A stretch of DNA of 64,000 nt from a bacterium (GTDB lineage: Bacteria; Patescibacteriota; Minisyncoccia; UBA6257; GWB1-50-10): the NCBI GenBank assembly GCA_021812365.1, contig JAKANQ010000002.1:16953-80952 (forward strand), read 5' to 3'. The translations under genes and the position numbers were made by a program. Within the stretch, counting starts at the first letter, position 1; each line of letters begins with the position of its first letter. Positions 1-9,792 of this stretch are shown piece after piece. The notes under the pieces are model-generated. The model did no database searches and was not told the DNA's origin. It worked only from the letters and a program-made list of their open reading frames with translations.

Positions 1-1
1 T

Positions 2-124
2 TCGGTAAAGATAGGGAGTCCTTTTTCCGGAGATCAGAGGAAGGTGTCCATATCCTCCTATGTTCAGGATAAACAAAATATGACCACTATAATAAAAACC
101 GATTCTTCGCTCTATATAAAATAG
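2..124 (+). CDS. 3' end of a hypothetical protein, truncated by the window edge
   Basis: Frame 2 is open from the edge (SVKIGSPF...SSLYIK) to TAG at 122-124, 6 nt before the next ATG. Confidence 0.5.
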   Translation, partial: SVKIGSPFSGDQRKVSISSYVQDKQNMTTIIKTDSSLYIK

Positions 125-130
125 TTCTTT

Positions 131-1312
131 ATGAAGCCTCTTTATAAAATTATACTTATCTTATTCTTGGTCGTTCTTCTTGGTTTTTTGGGTTATTTCC
201 TCTGGAACAAATTTTTTGCCCCTTCTCCCGCGACCACACAACAAACCAACACCACTGGAGCGGCCGTTGATCTTGGTAATTCAAATACTCCGCAAGAAGG
301 CGGGGCCACAACCACCACAAGCACACTTGGAACCATTGTGTTAAAGAAACTTTCCGACGCGCCTGTTTTTACATTTTGGGTTTCAAAAAGTTCCGGAAAT
401 GTTTTTTATCTCACCACAGATGGAGCAGCTATGCAGGCGACCGAAAATCAAGATACGGAAGTCTCTAAACAGCATGTTTCTGGAATTATAAGTACCGAAC
501 CTTCTCCAAGCGGAGATAAGGCGCTTGTTTCTTTTGGCGACCCTAATGCGCCCCAATGGGCCATTTTCGACTCGATGGATAAGGTGTGGAGGCCGCTCTC
601 GTCCGATTTTATTTCTGTTTCGTGGGCGGGAACCGAGGACAAACTTATCGGCATCATACAAAAGAATGGCACCCCAATACTCGCATCCATCAACCTTTTG
701 AAGACGCCATATGAAGCGACCGTCCTTGTGAACAACTTCACCATGAAGAATGTTTCGTTCTTTGCAAAATCTCCATCAGAGATACTAATCTCGGAAAAAC
801 CGTCTGCGCTCTATAATTCGCGTGTGTGGCAGCTTGATACAAAGACGGGGATACTTACCCTTATGCTTGACCCCTCGTTTGGCACATTCTTACGCTGGAG
901 CAATAACAGAGATATTGCATTTAAATTCACATCTCCAAATAAATTTTCCATTCTTAATCGTTCATTCAGTGATATTTCCCCGCTCGTCTTCCCCACCTTC
1001 CCAGGAAAATGTGATGGGGGGGCGGACGTCGTCTTTTGTTTTGTACCGCAAGATACATCAATCTTTTCGGGATCGTACTCGCTTCCCGATGATTATTTCA
1101 TGAATAAATTCTATACCGTTGATTCATTACATCGCATTGACCTGCGCTCAGGGAGCGACTCTCCGATATTAATAAGCAATACGGGATCCGTACCGGCTAT
1201 TGACGCTACTAGTGTGGTAGAAAATAATTCGTCGATTTATTTTATTAACAAATATGATAATTACCTCTATGTTGTCCAACAACCGCAACAAGAAGCACCT
1301 GTTGATTATTAA
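131..1312 (+). CDS. Membrane-anchored extracytoplasmic protein, probable beta-propeller-like domain
   Basis: N-terminal TM helix, Thr-rich linker, then a beta-rich domain with repeated WS/PS-type turns. Confidence 0.7.
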   Translation: MKPLYKIILILFLVVLLGFLGYFLWNKFFAPSPATTQQTNTTGAAVDLGNSNTPQEGGATTTTSTLGTIVLKKLSDAPVFTFWVSKSSGNVFYLTTDGAAMQATENQDTEVSKQHVSGIISTEPSPSGDKALVSFGDPNAPQWAIFDSMDKVWRPLSSDFISVSWAGTEDKLIGIIQKNGTPILASINLLKTPYEATVLVNNFTMKNVSFFAKSPSEILISEKPSALYNSRVWQLDTKTGILTLMLDPSFGTFLRWSNNRDIAFKFTSPNKFSILNRSFSDISPLVFPTFPGKCDGGADVVFCFVPQDTSIFSGSYSLPDDYFMNKFYTVDSLHRIDLRSGSDSPILISNTGSVPAIDATSVVENNSSIYFINKYDNYLYVVQQPQQEAPVDY

Positions 1313-2687
1313 ACGGGCTCTTTTCGCTTCCGCACTTGCACTATTCCTTTTTATTCCATCACTCGCGTCCGCGAGCGATCCTGTGCCTCTTAATTTTGCG
1401 CCGCCCTGTCTTAATGTTCCGGGTATGCCTGACTGCTCTTCGCCCGTGACAACCGCAACGACATTCCAGGATTACTTGATTCGTTTGTATCAGTTTGCGG
1501 TGGGTATCTCCGGTATTGTTGCGGTGGGTATGATCGTGTGGGGTTCAATCTATATCTCCGCGTTCACAGAAAGCATCGACAAGAAAGGCGAGGGGAGGGA
1601 GATGATAACATCGGCCATCGTCGGCATTATGCTTCTTCTTGGTTCATATCTTTTGTTGCGCACCATAAATCCGCGCATTGTTGCGCTTGGTGAATCACTT
1701 ACCCCCCAATCCGTTCCTCAAAATACAACAGCCACCACCACACAACAAATGGGACCGGGGACGTGCGCCGACCCCGCAACAATCACAGGAGCCGCGCATA
1801 CGCCGATTGACTATAACGTCTATCCGACATCAACTCTTAATACATGCGCATATCGAAGGTTATACATATATAAAGACGGTCTTCGAATCTCAAGTGATGA
1901 TAATGATTACTACGATACCACATTGGGTATCAACGTGGATCTGAAACCGAACTCTATCATATGGGTGTATCCATATATGAAATCGGGGGACCCCGCCTCC
2001 GCGCGCTGTATCATCTATGCATATAAGGAGCCAGGGGATAAGGGCTCAACCTTTACCAGTCTTCAAGACACCATTGAACCCTGTATCCTTCCCCCTGACA
2101 AACAGCAGCAACCTGGCTATATGGGGGATGTTGGCGCGGGGGGCGCAGGAAGCGGGGGGGCCGCTCCCGTTGAAACCGTTCAACAAGCGAGACTTCTTGC
2201 GGGCGGAAGTATCAATTTCAGCAACAGCGCGGATTGTCGTCCAGCCGAATCTTCTGCTGCGGGCATAATCTCAACCCTTCAACAGGGTAACCTCCCCATC
2301 GTATGTCACCACAACTGTTCAACCGATGGAATTCCATGCGCCGCAAACGGAGTATATCCTGATGTGTCTATGCTGGGGTTTATGAATTATTTAAATAAGC
2401 AAAAGGTTTCCGCAACCGTCACCAGCATTACGGGAGGAGACCACGCTCAAAATTCCGAACACTATCAAGGAAACGCTATTGATGTGGTAACGGGCGGCGG
2501 TATTGATGCGTACAATGCGATCATCGCCAAAGCAAATACATATGGCGTGTCGGCATATTGCGAATATGCGGACCCCGCATACGGCGGAGTGGTAAAACTC
2601 CATCAAACGTGTGGCGCTAACGCGGCGGGAGTTCCTAATCTTCATCTTCATATACAAACAGCGCCTAATGGCAACGCGGTTCCGTAA
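1254..2687 (+). CDS. VirB2/TrbC-like (CPR-type) pilin domain fused to a C-terminal peptidase M15-like zinc domain
   Basis: Signal peptide; two-helix pilin segment YLIRLYQFAVGISGIVAVGMIVWG...AIVGIMLLLGSYLLLRTINP; C-terminal SEHYQGNAID and HLH motifs. Start codon uncertain (1254 or 1269). Confidence 0.7.
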   Translation: MIITSMLSNNRNKKHLLIIKRALFASALALFLFIPSLASASDPVPLNFAPPCLNVPGMPDCSSPVTTATTFQDYLIRLYQFAVGISGIVAVGMIVWGSIYISAFTESIDKKGEGREMITSAIVGIMLLLGSYLLLRTINPRIVALGESLTPQSVPQNTTATTTQQMGPGTCADPATITGAAHTPIDYNVYPTSTLNTCAYRRLYIYKDGLRISSDDNDYYDTTLGINVDLKPNSIIWVYPYMKSGDPASARCIIYAYKEPGDKGSTFTSLQDTIEPCILPPDKQQQPGYMGDVGAGGAGSGGAAPVETVQQARLLAGGSINFSNSADCRPAESSAAGIISTLQQGNLPIVCHHNCSTDGIPCAANGVYPDVSMLGFMNYLNKQKVSATVTSITGGDHAQNSEHYQGNAIDVVTGGGIDAYNAIIAKANTYGVSAYCEYADPAYGGVVKLHQTCGANAAGVPNLHLHIQTAPNGNAVP

Positions 2688-2693
2688 ACAAAC

Positions 2694-2726
2694 AATCAAA
2701 AACCCCCGCGATGGGGGTTTTTGATT
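2694..2726. terminator. Bidirectional intrinsic terminator
   Basis: AATCAAAAACCCCC-GCGAT-GGGGGTTTTTGATT between convergent genes. Confidence 0.8.
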
Positions 2727-3153
2727 ATACTACAAGTTTTATCACCACACGCCTCTCTTTTCCCACCCCGGTGCTTTCTGTTCTAAGTTCGGGTCGGGAG
2801 GCAATCTCCATGTGCACCAACCTGCGCTCGTATCCGTTCATCGCGGGTAGTTCAACATCTTCTTTTGTTAGTGTCGCTTTGCGGGCTGCCGCGCGAACAA
2901 GCTCGGTTATCAGTCGCTCTCGCTCTTTCCTATAGTAATTGAGGTCTACTACGTGGGGGATGAGTCCTTCTTTCTTGAGTACTATATTCACCACATGGTC
3001 AATCGCGGGAAGGATGGTCTCTACATTATCTGCCACAAACCGGTCGTCTATGAGCACAATTACTTTCCTGCGCTCCTCATCTATGGCGATTTCCGCCTCG
3101 GGATACCCTAAAAGCGTTATTATTTCCTTTGTTTTCTCAATAATGGGGTTCAT
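2725..3153 (-). CDS. jag: Jag/KhpB (EloR) family KH-R3H RNA-binding protein, short form
   Basis: R3H motif MNGYERRLVH, TESTGVGKERRVVI; canonical position downstream of yidC. Confidence 0.85.
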   Translation of the reverse strand: MNPIIEKTKEIITLLGYPEAEIAIDEERRKVIVLIDDRFVADNVETILPAIDHVVNIVLKKEGLIPHVVDLNYYRKERERLITELVRAAARKATLTKEDVELPAMNGYERRLVHMEIASRPELRTESTGVGKERRVVIKLVV

Positions 3154-3170
3154 GGTCGATTTTTAGTATA

Positions 3171-3848
3171 CTACTCGTCTTCGAATTTTGGCAATCTTTT
3201 GTTGATATACATCTGCTGGAACACCGAGAATATGCCGGAGACGGTCCAATATACACTAAGCGCTGAAGGGAGATTCAAAAGAATGAAGAAGGTGAACGCG
3301 GGCCCCACCACAGTCATTGTTTTCCCCATGGATGCGAGTGGGTTTGTCTCGTTTGTGGCGCTTTTTGGCTGCGAACCTAACATCATTTTTGTTTGGATAT
3401 ATTGCACAACCGCGGCAATGATAGGCAGCACAAATCCTTTTGAGCCGAGGCTAAACCCAAGAAACGTGGTTGTTGCAAACACACCGGTTGAAAGTTCTTT
3501 GGAGAACACTTGGAAAAGAACGATAAATACGGGGAGTTGTAGAAAAAGAAGCAGTATTCCTGAAAAAGGATTTAATTTATATTTTTTATATAAATTAAGC
3601 ATCTCTTTCGCTTGCATCTCTTTGTCGTCTTTGTGATCGAGTTGGATTTTTTTGATATGCGGCTGGATTCGCTGCATAAGCGCTTGATCTTTCGCCCCTT
3701 TATAGAAAACAGGAAAAAGAACGATGCGAACCGCTATGGTTAGAAATACGATTGCGAGCCCAAGGTCATGAAACGCGACAGTGTTGTAGATGAACACGAG
3801 CGATGAGAGGGTTGGTAAATAAAGATAGGTATTAAAAAAGGCTGCCAT
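3171..3848 (-). CDS. yidC: Membrane protein insertase YidC/Oxa1 family
   Basis: GLAIVFLTIAVRIVLFP, QPHIKKIQ, NPFSG...LQLPVF, LPSALSVYW motifs; synteny with rnpA. Confidence 0.93.
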   Translation of the reverse strand: MAAFFNTYLYLPTLSSLVFIYNTVAFHDLGLAIVFLTIAVRIVLFPVFYKGAKDQALMQRIQPHIKKIQLDHKDDKEMQAKEMLNLYKKYKLNPFSGILLLFLQLPVFIVLFQVFSKELSTGVFATTTFLGFSLGSKGFVLPIIAAVVQYIQTKMMLGSQPKSATNETNPLASMGKTMTVVGPAFTFFILLNLPSALSVYWTVSGIFSVFQQMYINKRLPKFEDE

Positions 3849-3897
3849 ATGCGCTTCATTGTACGGGGTTTTTGGAAAATAATCCAGTTTTTTCCTA

Positions 3898-4152
3898 TTA
3901 AAGGTTTTTCTCTATCGCTTTTTTAAGGTCATCGAAAGACCTTCGCGCGGCTTCTTTTTTTGCGATTATGGTTATGTCCGCGGTGTTTTTAGCGGCTATA
4001 CTTCTTATAATCGCTCGTATGCGCCTTTTTGTTGTGTTTCGTTCTACTGCTTTTTTTGAAACATTCTTTCCTACTACAACAAAAAGCGGTTTTTTTTGAA
4101 AACCGCTTGGTGTTTTTTTTATAATTACCAAAGATTCCTTTTTTTCAGCCAC
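3898..4152 (-). CDS. rnpA: Ribonuclease P protein component (short, ~84 aa)
   Basis: RNR-like motif VGKNVSKKAVERNTTKRRIR. GTG start at 4152 chosen because the longer ORF overlaps rpmH. Confidence 0.85.
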   Translation of the reverse strand: MAEKKESLVIIKKTPSGFQKKPLFVVVGKNVSKKAVERNTTKRRIRAIIRSIAAKNTADITIIAKKEAARRSFDDLKKAIEKNL

Positions 4153-4169
4153 TTTGGTTCTTTTTTGCC

Positions 4170-4304
4170 TTAAACCGAGAGTTTTTTGCGGCCTTTCTGC
4201 CTTCGTCGCGCAAGAACAGCCCTTCCACCCGCCGATTTGGTCCTCCTTAAGAATCCGTGGGTGTTTCTCCTTTTTTTCTTTTTGGGTTGATATGTTTGGC
4301 TCAT
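4170..4304 (-). CDS. rpmH: 50S ribosomal protein L34
   Basis: Translated by hand (below ORF-track cutoff): [44 protein letters not shown]. Confidence 0.97.
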   Translation of the reverse strand: MSQTYQPKKKKRRNTHGFLRRTKSAGGRAVLARRRQKGRKKLSV

Positions 4305-4379
4305 ATGACTTTATTACAGACCATGATACCACATGCTTTTTAAAAACACAATTTTGTGGTTTTAGGTTTTGCGCCCTTG

Positions 4380-4460
4380 GAAAATATGTTATCAACAAAT
4401 AATGCACAATTAAAGCACAAACGTCGTGTTGTATCAATATTGAAAGTTTTTTGAATAAGC
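4380..4460. promoter_or_regulatory. DnaA-box-like sites upstream of dnaA
   Basis: TTATCAACA 4389-4397, TAATGCACA 4400-4408 and TTTGAATAA 4450-4458, versus consensus TTATCCACA/TGTGGATAA. Confidence 0.55.
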
Positions 4461-4532
4461 TTATGATAGATGAGAAGTTTGTGGTTTTTGTTTTTTATCG
4501 GATTTTTTAATTTATTTTTTACAAACATTTTT

Positions 4533-5915
4533 ATGGATCATCACGAACTTTGGAAGACGGTGCTTGGTGAGATCGAACTCCAGATTTCGCGTCCAAATTT
4601 CTTAACATGGTTTAAAAACAGTCAGCTTGTGGAAAAAAACGAGAAAGAGGGAATTGCTCTCGTGGGCGTTCCAAATAATTTTGCGAAGGAGTGGATAAAA
4701 AACAGATATCATAAGATCATTTTAGGCTCTTTGAGGAACATAGACGGTTCAATAAAGTATGTGAATTATGTCGTAGTGAATCACAACACGCCGCTCCAAC
4801 CCACAAAACAATCGAAGAAACAGAAAGAACCCGAGCTCACCGAGGAAAAAAACAATATTCCCATCACAGAGCTCCGCGTGGATCCGAAAACAAATCTTAA
4901 TCCGAAATATACATTCGACACTTTTGTGGTTGGTTCGTCGAACGAGCTTGCGTGTGCCGCCATCAACGCGATTATTGAGAGTGTGGGAAAGAAATATAAT
5001 CCTTTGTTTATTTATGGCGGCGTGGGGCTTGGGAAGACTCACTTGCTGCAGGCGGCGGGAAACGCGGTACAAGAAAAATACAAAGGAAAGGTGAATGTGC
5101 TTTACGTCACTTCGGAAAAATTTGTAAATGATGTTGTTTGGGCTCTCCGCAATAAGCGCGCGGAGGATATGAAGAAAAAATATAGGAACGTTGATATGCT
5201 CATCATTGATGATATTCAATTCATTGGAGGAAAACCCGCCACAGAATTGGAGTTTTTTTATACCTTTAACGCGTTATACGAAAACAACAAACAAATAATA
5301 ATATCTTCTGATAGGCCGCCCGCTGCGATTCCTACCCTTGAGGAACGTCTTCGTTCGCGTTTTGAAGGAGGAATGATAGCTGATGTCGCATATCCTGATT
5401 ACGAAATGCGGCTTGCGATATTGAGGACTAAAGCTCAATCTCACAACGTTGAAATAGACGAGAAAACACTTGAATATATTGCAACTAAAGTTCAAAAAAA
5501 CATTCGCGAGGTTGAGGGGGTTCTTAATAAGGTTATTTTTTATGAACAATACAAGCACGAAAAAATAGATCAAAAGAAACTTGATGATATCATCAATGAA
5601 ACCGCTCAAATCTCTCCGAAGAATATCACCGCAAACGAGATATTGAAGACAGTGGCTGAATTTTATGAGATATCACAATCCGATCTTTCGGACAGAGGAA
5701 GAAAACAAGAGGTGGTGGAGCCGCGCCAAGTCGCAATGTACCTTTTAAGAGAGATATTGAAGCTTTCATATCCTAATATCGGAGAAAAGGTTGGAAAAAG
5801 GGACCACACCACCGTCATTCACGCATATGAAAAGATAGCAAAAGAAATCACCACTAATTCCGCGCTTAATCAAAAAATACTTCTTATAAAAGAACGGTTG
5901 TTTAAAAACAATTAA
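4533..5915 (+). CDS. dnaA: Chromosomal replication initiator protein DnaA
   Basis: NPLFIYGGVGLGKTHL, LIIDDIQFI, RLRSRFEGG, RDHTTVIHA; start placed at MDHHELW. Confidence 0.98.
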   Translation: MDHHELWKTVLGEIELQISRPNFLTWFKNSQLVEKNEKEGIALVGVPNNFAKEWIKNRYHKIILGSLRNIDGSIKYVNYVVVNHNTPLQPTKQSKKQKEPELTEEKNNIPITELRVDPKTNLNPKYTFDTFVVGSSNELACAAINAIIESVGKKYNPLFIYGGVGLGKTHLLQAAGNAVQEKYKGKVNVLYVTSEKFVNDVVWALRNKRAEDMKKKYRNVDMLIIDDIQFIGGKPATELEFFYTFNALYENNKQIIISSDRPPAAIPTLEERLRSRFEGGMIADVAYPDYEMRLAILRTKAQSHNVEIDEKTLEYIATKVQKNIREVEGVLNKVIFYEQYKHEKIDQKKLDDIINETAQISPKNITANEILKTVAEFYEISQSDLSDRGRKQEVVEPRQVAMYLLREILKLSYPNIGEKVGKRDHTTVIHAYEKIAKEITTNSALNQKILLIKERLFKNN

Positions 5916-6089
5916 GGTGTGGATAGATGTGGGTATAGGTATGTGCATAACACGGGGAAGAAAATAAAATTATAAAAAAAATCAACAATACCTTCCTTTT
6001 TCTCCACAAGATATTAATTTATTTAATGAGGCCTAGCGCGGAAAAATGACAATATCCACATATTCACAACTCTTACTACTACCACTAAT
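5916..6089. other. Replication origin oriC (DnaA boxes plus DnaA-trios)
   Basis: TGTGGATAG 5918, TGTGCATAA 5942, TTCTCCACA 6000, ATATCCACA 6052 and ATATTCACA 6060, then TAC-TAC-TAC-CAC-TAA 6074-6088, between dnaA and dnaN. Confidence 0.85.
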
Positions 6090-7199
6090 ATGAAATTAAT
6101 AATATTAAAGAATAATATAATAGAAGGATTGAATTCTGTTGAGAGAGCGATAAGTAACATTTCAAATCTTCCTATTTTAAAAAATCTTCTTATTAAAACC
6201 GAAGGGGGGCGAATTTTGTTTACATGCACCAATCTTGAGATCGCAATCACCCACACAGTGCCCGGAAAAATAGTAGAGGAAGGAGAAATCACAATTCCTC
6301 TCTCTGTGTTTGCGCCAGTAGCAAAAAATCTCAATACCGAAAGAATTTCTTTAGAAACAAAAGATTCTCATGTGTTGGTAACCACAGATAATTATGAAGC
6401 GACCATACAAGCGCAGAACGCAAAAGAGTTTCCTATTATTCCCGGAGTAAGCGATAAAGATAAGGTGGTAAAGATGTCGGCGGGAAAGCTTTTGGATGCG
6501 CTGCAAAGCGTGTTTATTGCAACTCAGTATTCGGAGATACGTCCTGAGATAAGCGGCGTGTTCTTTCATGTTTTTGATAATGAAGTAACTCTCGCAGCGA
6601 CGGATAGTTTTCGATTAGCTGAGCGGACAGTGAAGATTGAAGATGTTCAAACACAGCAAAACGATATTTCAATGATTGTGCCATATAGGACCGCGGAAGA
6701 GCTTTTACGATTTCTCACGAACAGTAACGGAGATGTTGAATTGTTCATTGAACAAAACCAAGTTCTTTTCAAAACAACTACCAAACAACTCATCTCAAGG
6801 CTTGTGGATGGTGTATTTCCTGAGTATAGAGCTATCATTCCGAAACAAATTCAAAACGAAGCAGTGTTGAACCGAGATGAGTTTATAAACGCGCTTAAAC
6901 TCACAAGTTCTTTTTCAGGGCGAGGAAATAACGTGACAATTACTATTGGTGAGAACAAGAAGTTTTTAGAACTTTCTTCTGCCGACTCTTCTGTTGGCGA
7001 AAATCATTACAAAATTCCTATAAAACTCAAAGGAGAGCCTTTCTCTGTTGTATTCAACTGGAGGTATCTTCTTGATGGATTGAAGATATATTCCTCGGAA
7101 GATATAACACTTGGAGTGAATGCAGCAGACAGACCCGCGGTCCTAAAAAACCCCACAGAAGCAAAACTTGTGTATGTGGTGATGCCGATTAAAAGCTAG
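6090..7199 (+). CDS. dnaN: DNA polymerase III beta sliding clamp
   Basis: LPILKNLLI, TNLEIAI, AATDSFRLAE, SRLVDGVFPEY, YVVMPIK. Confidence 0.98.
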   Translation: MKLIILKNNIIEGLNSVERAISNISNLPILKNLLIKTEGGRILFTCTNLEIAITHTVPGKIVEEGEITIPLSVFAPVAKNLNTERISLETKDSHVLVTTDNYEATIQAQNAKEFPIIPGVSDKDKVVKMSAGKLLDALQSVFIATQYSEIRPEISGVFFHVFDNEVTLAATDSFRLAERTVKIEDVQTQQNDISMIVPYRTAEELLRFLTNSNGDVELFIEQNQVLFKTTTKQLISRLVDGVFPEYRAIIPKQIQNEAVLNRDEFINALKLTSSFSGRGNNVTITIGENKKFLELSSADSSVGENHYKIPIKLKGEPFSVVFNWRYLLDGLKIYSSEDITLGVNAADRPAVLKNPTEAKLVYVVMPIKS

Positions 7200-7209
7200 T
7201 TTAATCAAA

Positions 7210-7236
7210 AAAAACCCCGTGATTCACGGGGTTTTT
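7210..7236. terminator. Bidirectional intrinsic terminator
   Basis: AAAACCCCGTGA/TTCACGGGGTTTT hairpin between convergent genes. Confidence 0.8.
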
Positions 7237-7245
7237 GGTTGTTTA

Positions 7246-9708
7246 CTAGTGATACACCGTTACCGAATTAGACGCCCAAATTCCTCCTTTTGTTTTTGTT
7301 TTTATCTCAATTTGATTTTGAGCCTCTAAAGGAAGATTTAATGAAGCTTGATAATGATATATCGTACCGCTGATATCACTTGCTCCTATAAGGCGGTTAT
7401 TGAAATATAATTCAACCCGCGCCAAGTCATCGTTTGATGATTTTAATGTTGCGTCTACAAGAAATGGAGCAGTCACAAAAACCGCATTTTTCGGTTCATT
7501 GATCGAAACCGATGCCAACACTTGCGAGGAAGGTATGGCGCCTGATTGAAAACCTGTGTTTACATACGAGCCAAGAATTCCAGGATTTTGTTTTACCCAA
7601 TTACTTACTCCAAGTTCCCAATTTGAAAACTCACTATCTCGCGCCGGATCGTCTGGCATCCCTCCAAGTGGATCTGTTTTGTCGACATAATAGAGGATAG
7701 AATGCGCTTGAGGGACACGAACACCGTTTATTATCGGAGCGTATATTGCTTCTCCATTCAACATGGTTTTTAAAGGGAGTGAATATGAATCAGGTGGATT
7801 GAAACGATCCGGTTTGAACGAGGGAAGAACCTCTTTCATAAAAGCGCTCCACATCGGCACCGCAGCTAAAATACTACTCCCTTGGCTTTTCATCGGAGTG
7901 TTATCATTATTTCCAGCCCACACACCAACCACCAGATCAGGAGTATATCCAAACGTCCACGCATCCCTATAATCCTGTGTTGTTCCTGTTTTTAGCGCAA
8001 CATCATATCCGTCAAACACGGTAAGGGGAAGGCTTGCGTGAAATATTGGCGAACGAAGTTCTGAGCTGGAAAGAATCTGATTTATAAGTTTCGGGTATTC
8101 AGGATCCACCACATTACTACTCTTATCCGTATATTCCTCAAGCACATTTCCTTTACTATCCGTTACTTTAAGAACGAGTTGTTGGTCATGTAATATCCCT
8201 TCTTGTGAAAGAACTGAATATGCTTTTACAAGATCAATAAGTTTAATCTCGCCGCCGCCCAAAGTAAGTGAAAGGCCATAACGCCACCGTTCTTTAAGGG
8301 TGGATATTCCAAACGTGTTGAGATTTTTTAACACATCATCCATTCCCGCAAGATATAATGTTTTTACCGCGGGGACATTCAGTGATTGAGCGAGAGCTTC
8401 TTCCATATGCACCGGCCCGCGGAACAACCCATCAAAGTTTCCAGGTCTATAACTTGTTGTTGGATCGTTTCTTGTGTCGAATTCCGTCGGCACATCAAAA
8501 AGAACGGTTTTCGGCGAGTATCCTTTTTGGAACGCGGTGAGATACACAAAAGGCTTAAGCGCGGAACCTGGTTGTCTTAATCCTTGTGTTGCCACGTTGA
8601 AATTGCCCTCAAAAAGACAATTCACCGTTGGAGTACATCCCGCTGGTTCCGGGTCTCCGAAGTAATCCTTAGAGCCCACCATTGCTAAAATTTGCCCTGT
8701 TTTAGGGTCTTCTGCTACCAACGCGCCATTTCGTCCATTGTAAAGTTCTGTGTTGCGTTGAACACCCTCCTTAACCGCCTTTTCCGCAGCAAGCTGAAGA
8801 TTTGTATCCAGTGTGGTAATCACATTCAGTCCGCCATTTTCCACCGCCTGCTCTCCATATTTATTAATAAGATAGTCTTTTACCGCAAGAGAAAAATGAG
8901 GCGCTGAGATGGAGCCGAGAGAGGGTGCTGCAAATTCAACTTTCTGTTTTTTTGCCGCAGCCGCTTCTTTCTCCGAGATGAAGCCAAGGCTTACCATGCG
9001 CCCAAGTACATAATCACTGCGCGCAAAAAGCTCTTTTGTGTGCGAACCCCAAGGAGAAAAATAACTAGGCGCTTGAAGCATGCTCGCAATAATGGACGCT
9101 TCGCGCGTGGTAAGGTCTTTCGCGTGTTTTCCGAAATATGTCTCGCTTGCCGCCTCCACGCCGTATGCATTCGATCCGATAGGAATTTGGTTCAAATAAA
9201 ATGAAAAAATCTCATCTTTTGAATATTTTGATTCAAGCTCTATCGCAAGGATTATCTCCTTCACTTTTCGCGTTATCGTTTTTTCATTTGTAAGTAAGGT
9301 GTTCTTTACAAGTTGTTGGGAGATGGTGGAACCCCCTTGTGATAGTTTTCCGGTTTTAATATCGGTGATGAACGCGCGCACAATCGCCTTCCAATCAAAC
9401 GCAGGCTGATTATAAAAATTATCATCTTCCGCGGCCAACACCGCTTTTTTAAGTACGTCAGGAATCTCACTGAAAGGGAGGACAGTCCTTTTTTCATTGC
9501 CATGAATCTCATAGATGAGTGTCTGGCCGGTTCTGTCATAAAGCTTGGTTGATTGGCTTACTTCGCGATTACCGAACTGATCTGGCGCCGGAAGCTGGCG
9601 CAACGTCACTATCACAAACACCGCCCCCACCACTAACACGCATACGAGGAAGGCGAGTATGGTCATTACGACAAGACCCGCGGCTTTTTTATTTTTTATT
9701 TTTTTCAT
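7246..9708 (-). CDS. Class A penicillin-binding protein (transglycosylase-transpeptidase, PBP1A family) with C-terminal Ig-like domain
   Basis: TG motifs EDDNF, QGGSTISQQLVKN, RKVKE; TP motifs SALK, SLN, KTGT. Confidence 0.93.
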   Translation of the reverse strand: MKKIKNKKAAGLVVMTILAFLVCVLVVGAVFVIVTLRQLPAPDQFGNREVSQSTKLYDRTGQTLIYEIHGNEKRTVLPFSEIPDVLKKAVLAAEDDNFYNQPAFDWKAIVRAFITDIKTGKLSQGGSTISQQLVKNTLLTNEKTITRKVKEIILAIELESKYSKDEIFSFYLNQIPIGSNAYGVEAASETYFGKHAKDLTTREASIIASMLQAPSYFSPWGSHTKELFARSDYVLGRMVSLGFISEKEAAAAKKQKVEFAAPSLGSISAPHFSLAVKDYLINKYGEQAVENGGLNVITTLDTNLQLAAEKAVKEGVQRNTELYNGRNGALVAEDPKTGQILAMVGSKDYFGDPEPAGCTPTVNCLFEGNFNVATQGLRQPGSALKPFVYLTAFQKGYSPKTVLFDVPTEFDTRNDPTTSYRPGNFDGLFRGPVHMEEALAQSLNVPAVKTLYLAGMDDVLKNLNTFGISTLKERWRYGLSLTLGGGEIKLIDLVKAYSVLSQEGILHDQQLVLKVTDSKGNVLEEYTDKSSNVVDPEYPKLINQILSSSELRSPIFHASLPLTVFDGYDVALKTGTTQDYRDAWTFGYTPDLVVGVWAGNNDNTPMKSQGSSILAAVPMWSAFMKEVLPSFKPDRFNPPDSYSLPLKTMLNGEAIYAPIINGVRVPQAHSILYYVDKTDPLGGMPDDPARDSEFSNWELGVSNWVKQNPGILGSYVNTGFQSGAIPSSQVLASVSINEPKNAVFVTAPFLVDATLKSSNDDLARVELYFNNRLIGASDISGTIYHYQASLNLPLEAQNQIEIKTKTKGGIWASNSVTVYH

Positions 9709-9792
9709 AAATAGAAGCTCTTCTTTATGGTAGCAAACAAGAAAAGAAAAACCCCTGCAGTAAGGGGGATTTCTTCTTTTTTACACGAGATT

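Noticed and set aside
34-58. Minus-strand SD plus MDTFL mini-ORF
   Set aside because: Better explained as the antisense of the open + strand frame ending at 124.
4153-4437. 179-aa extended RnpA from the ORF track
   Set aside because: The extension overlaps rpmH in another frame and the promoter region.
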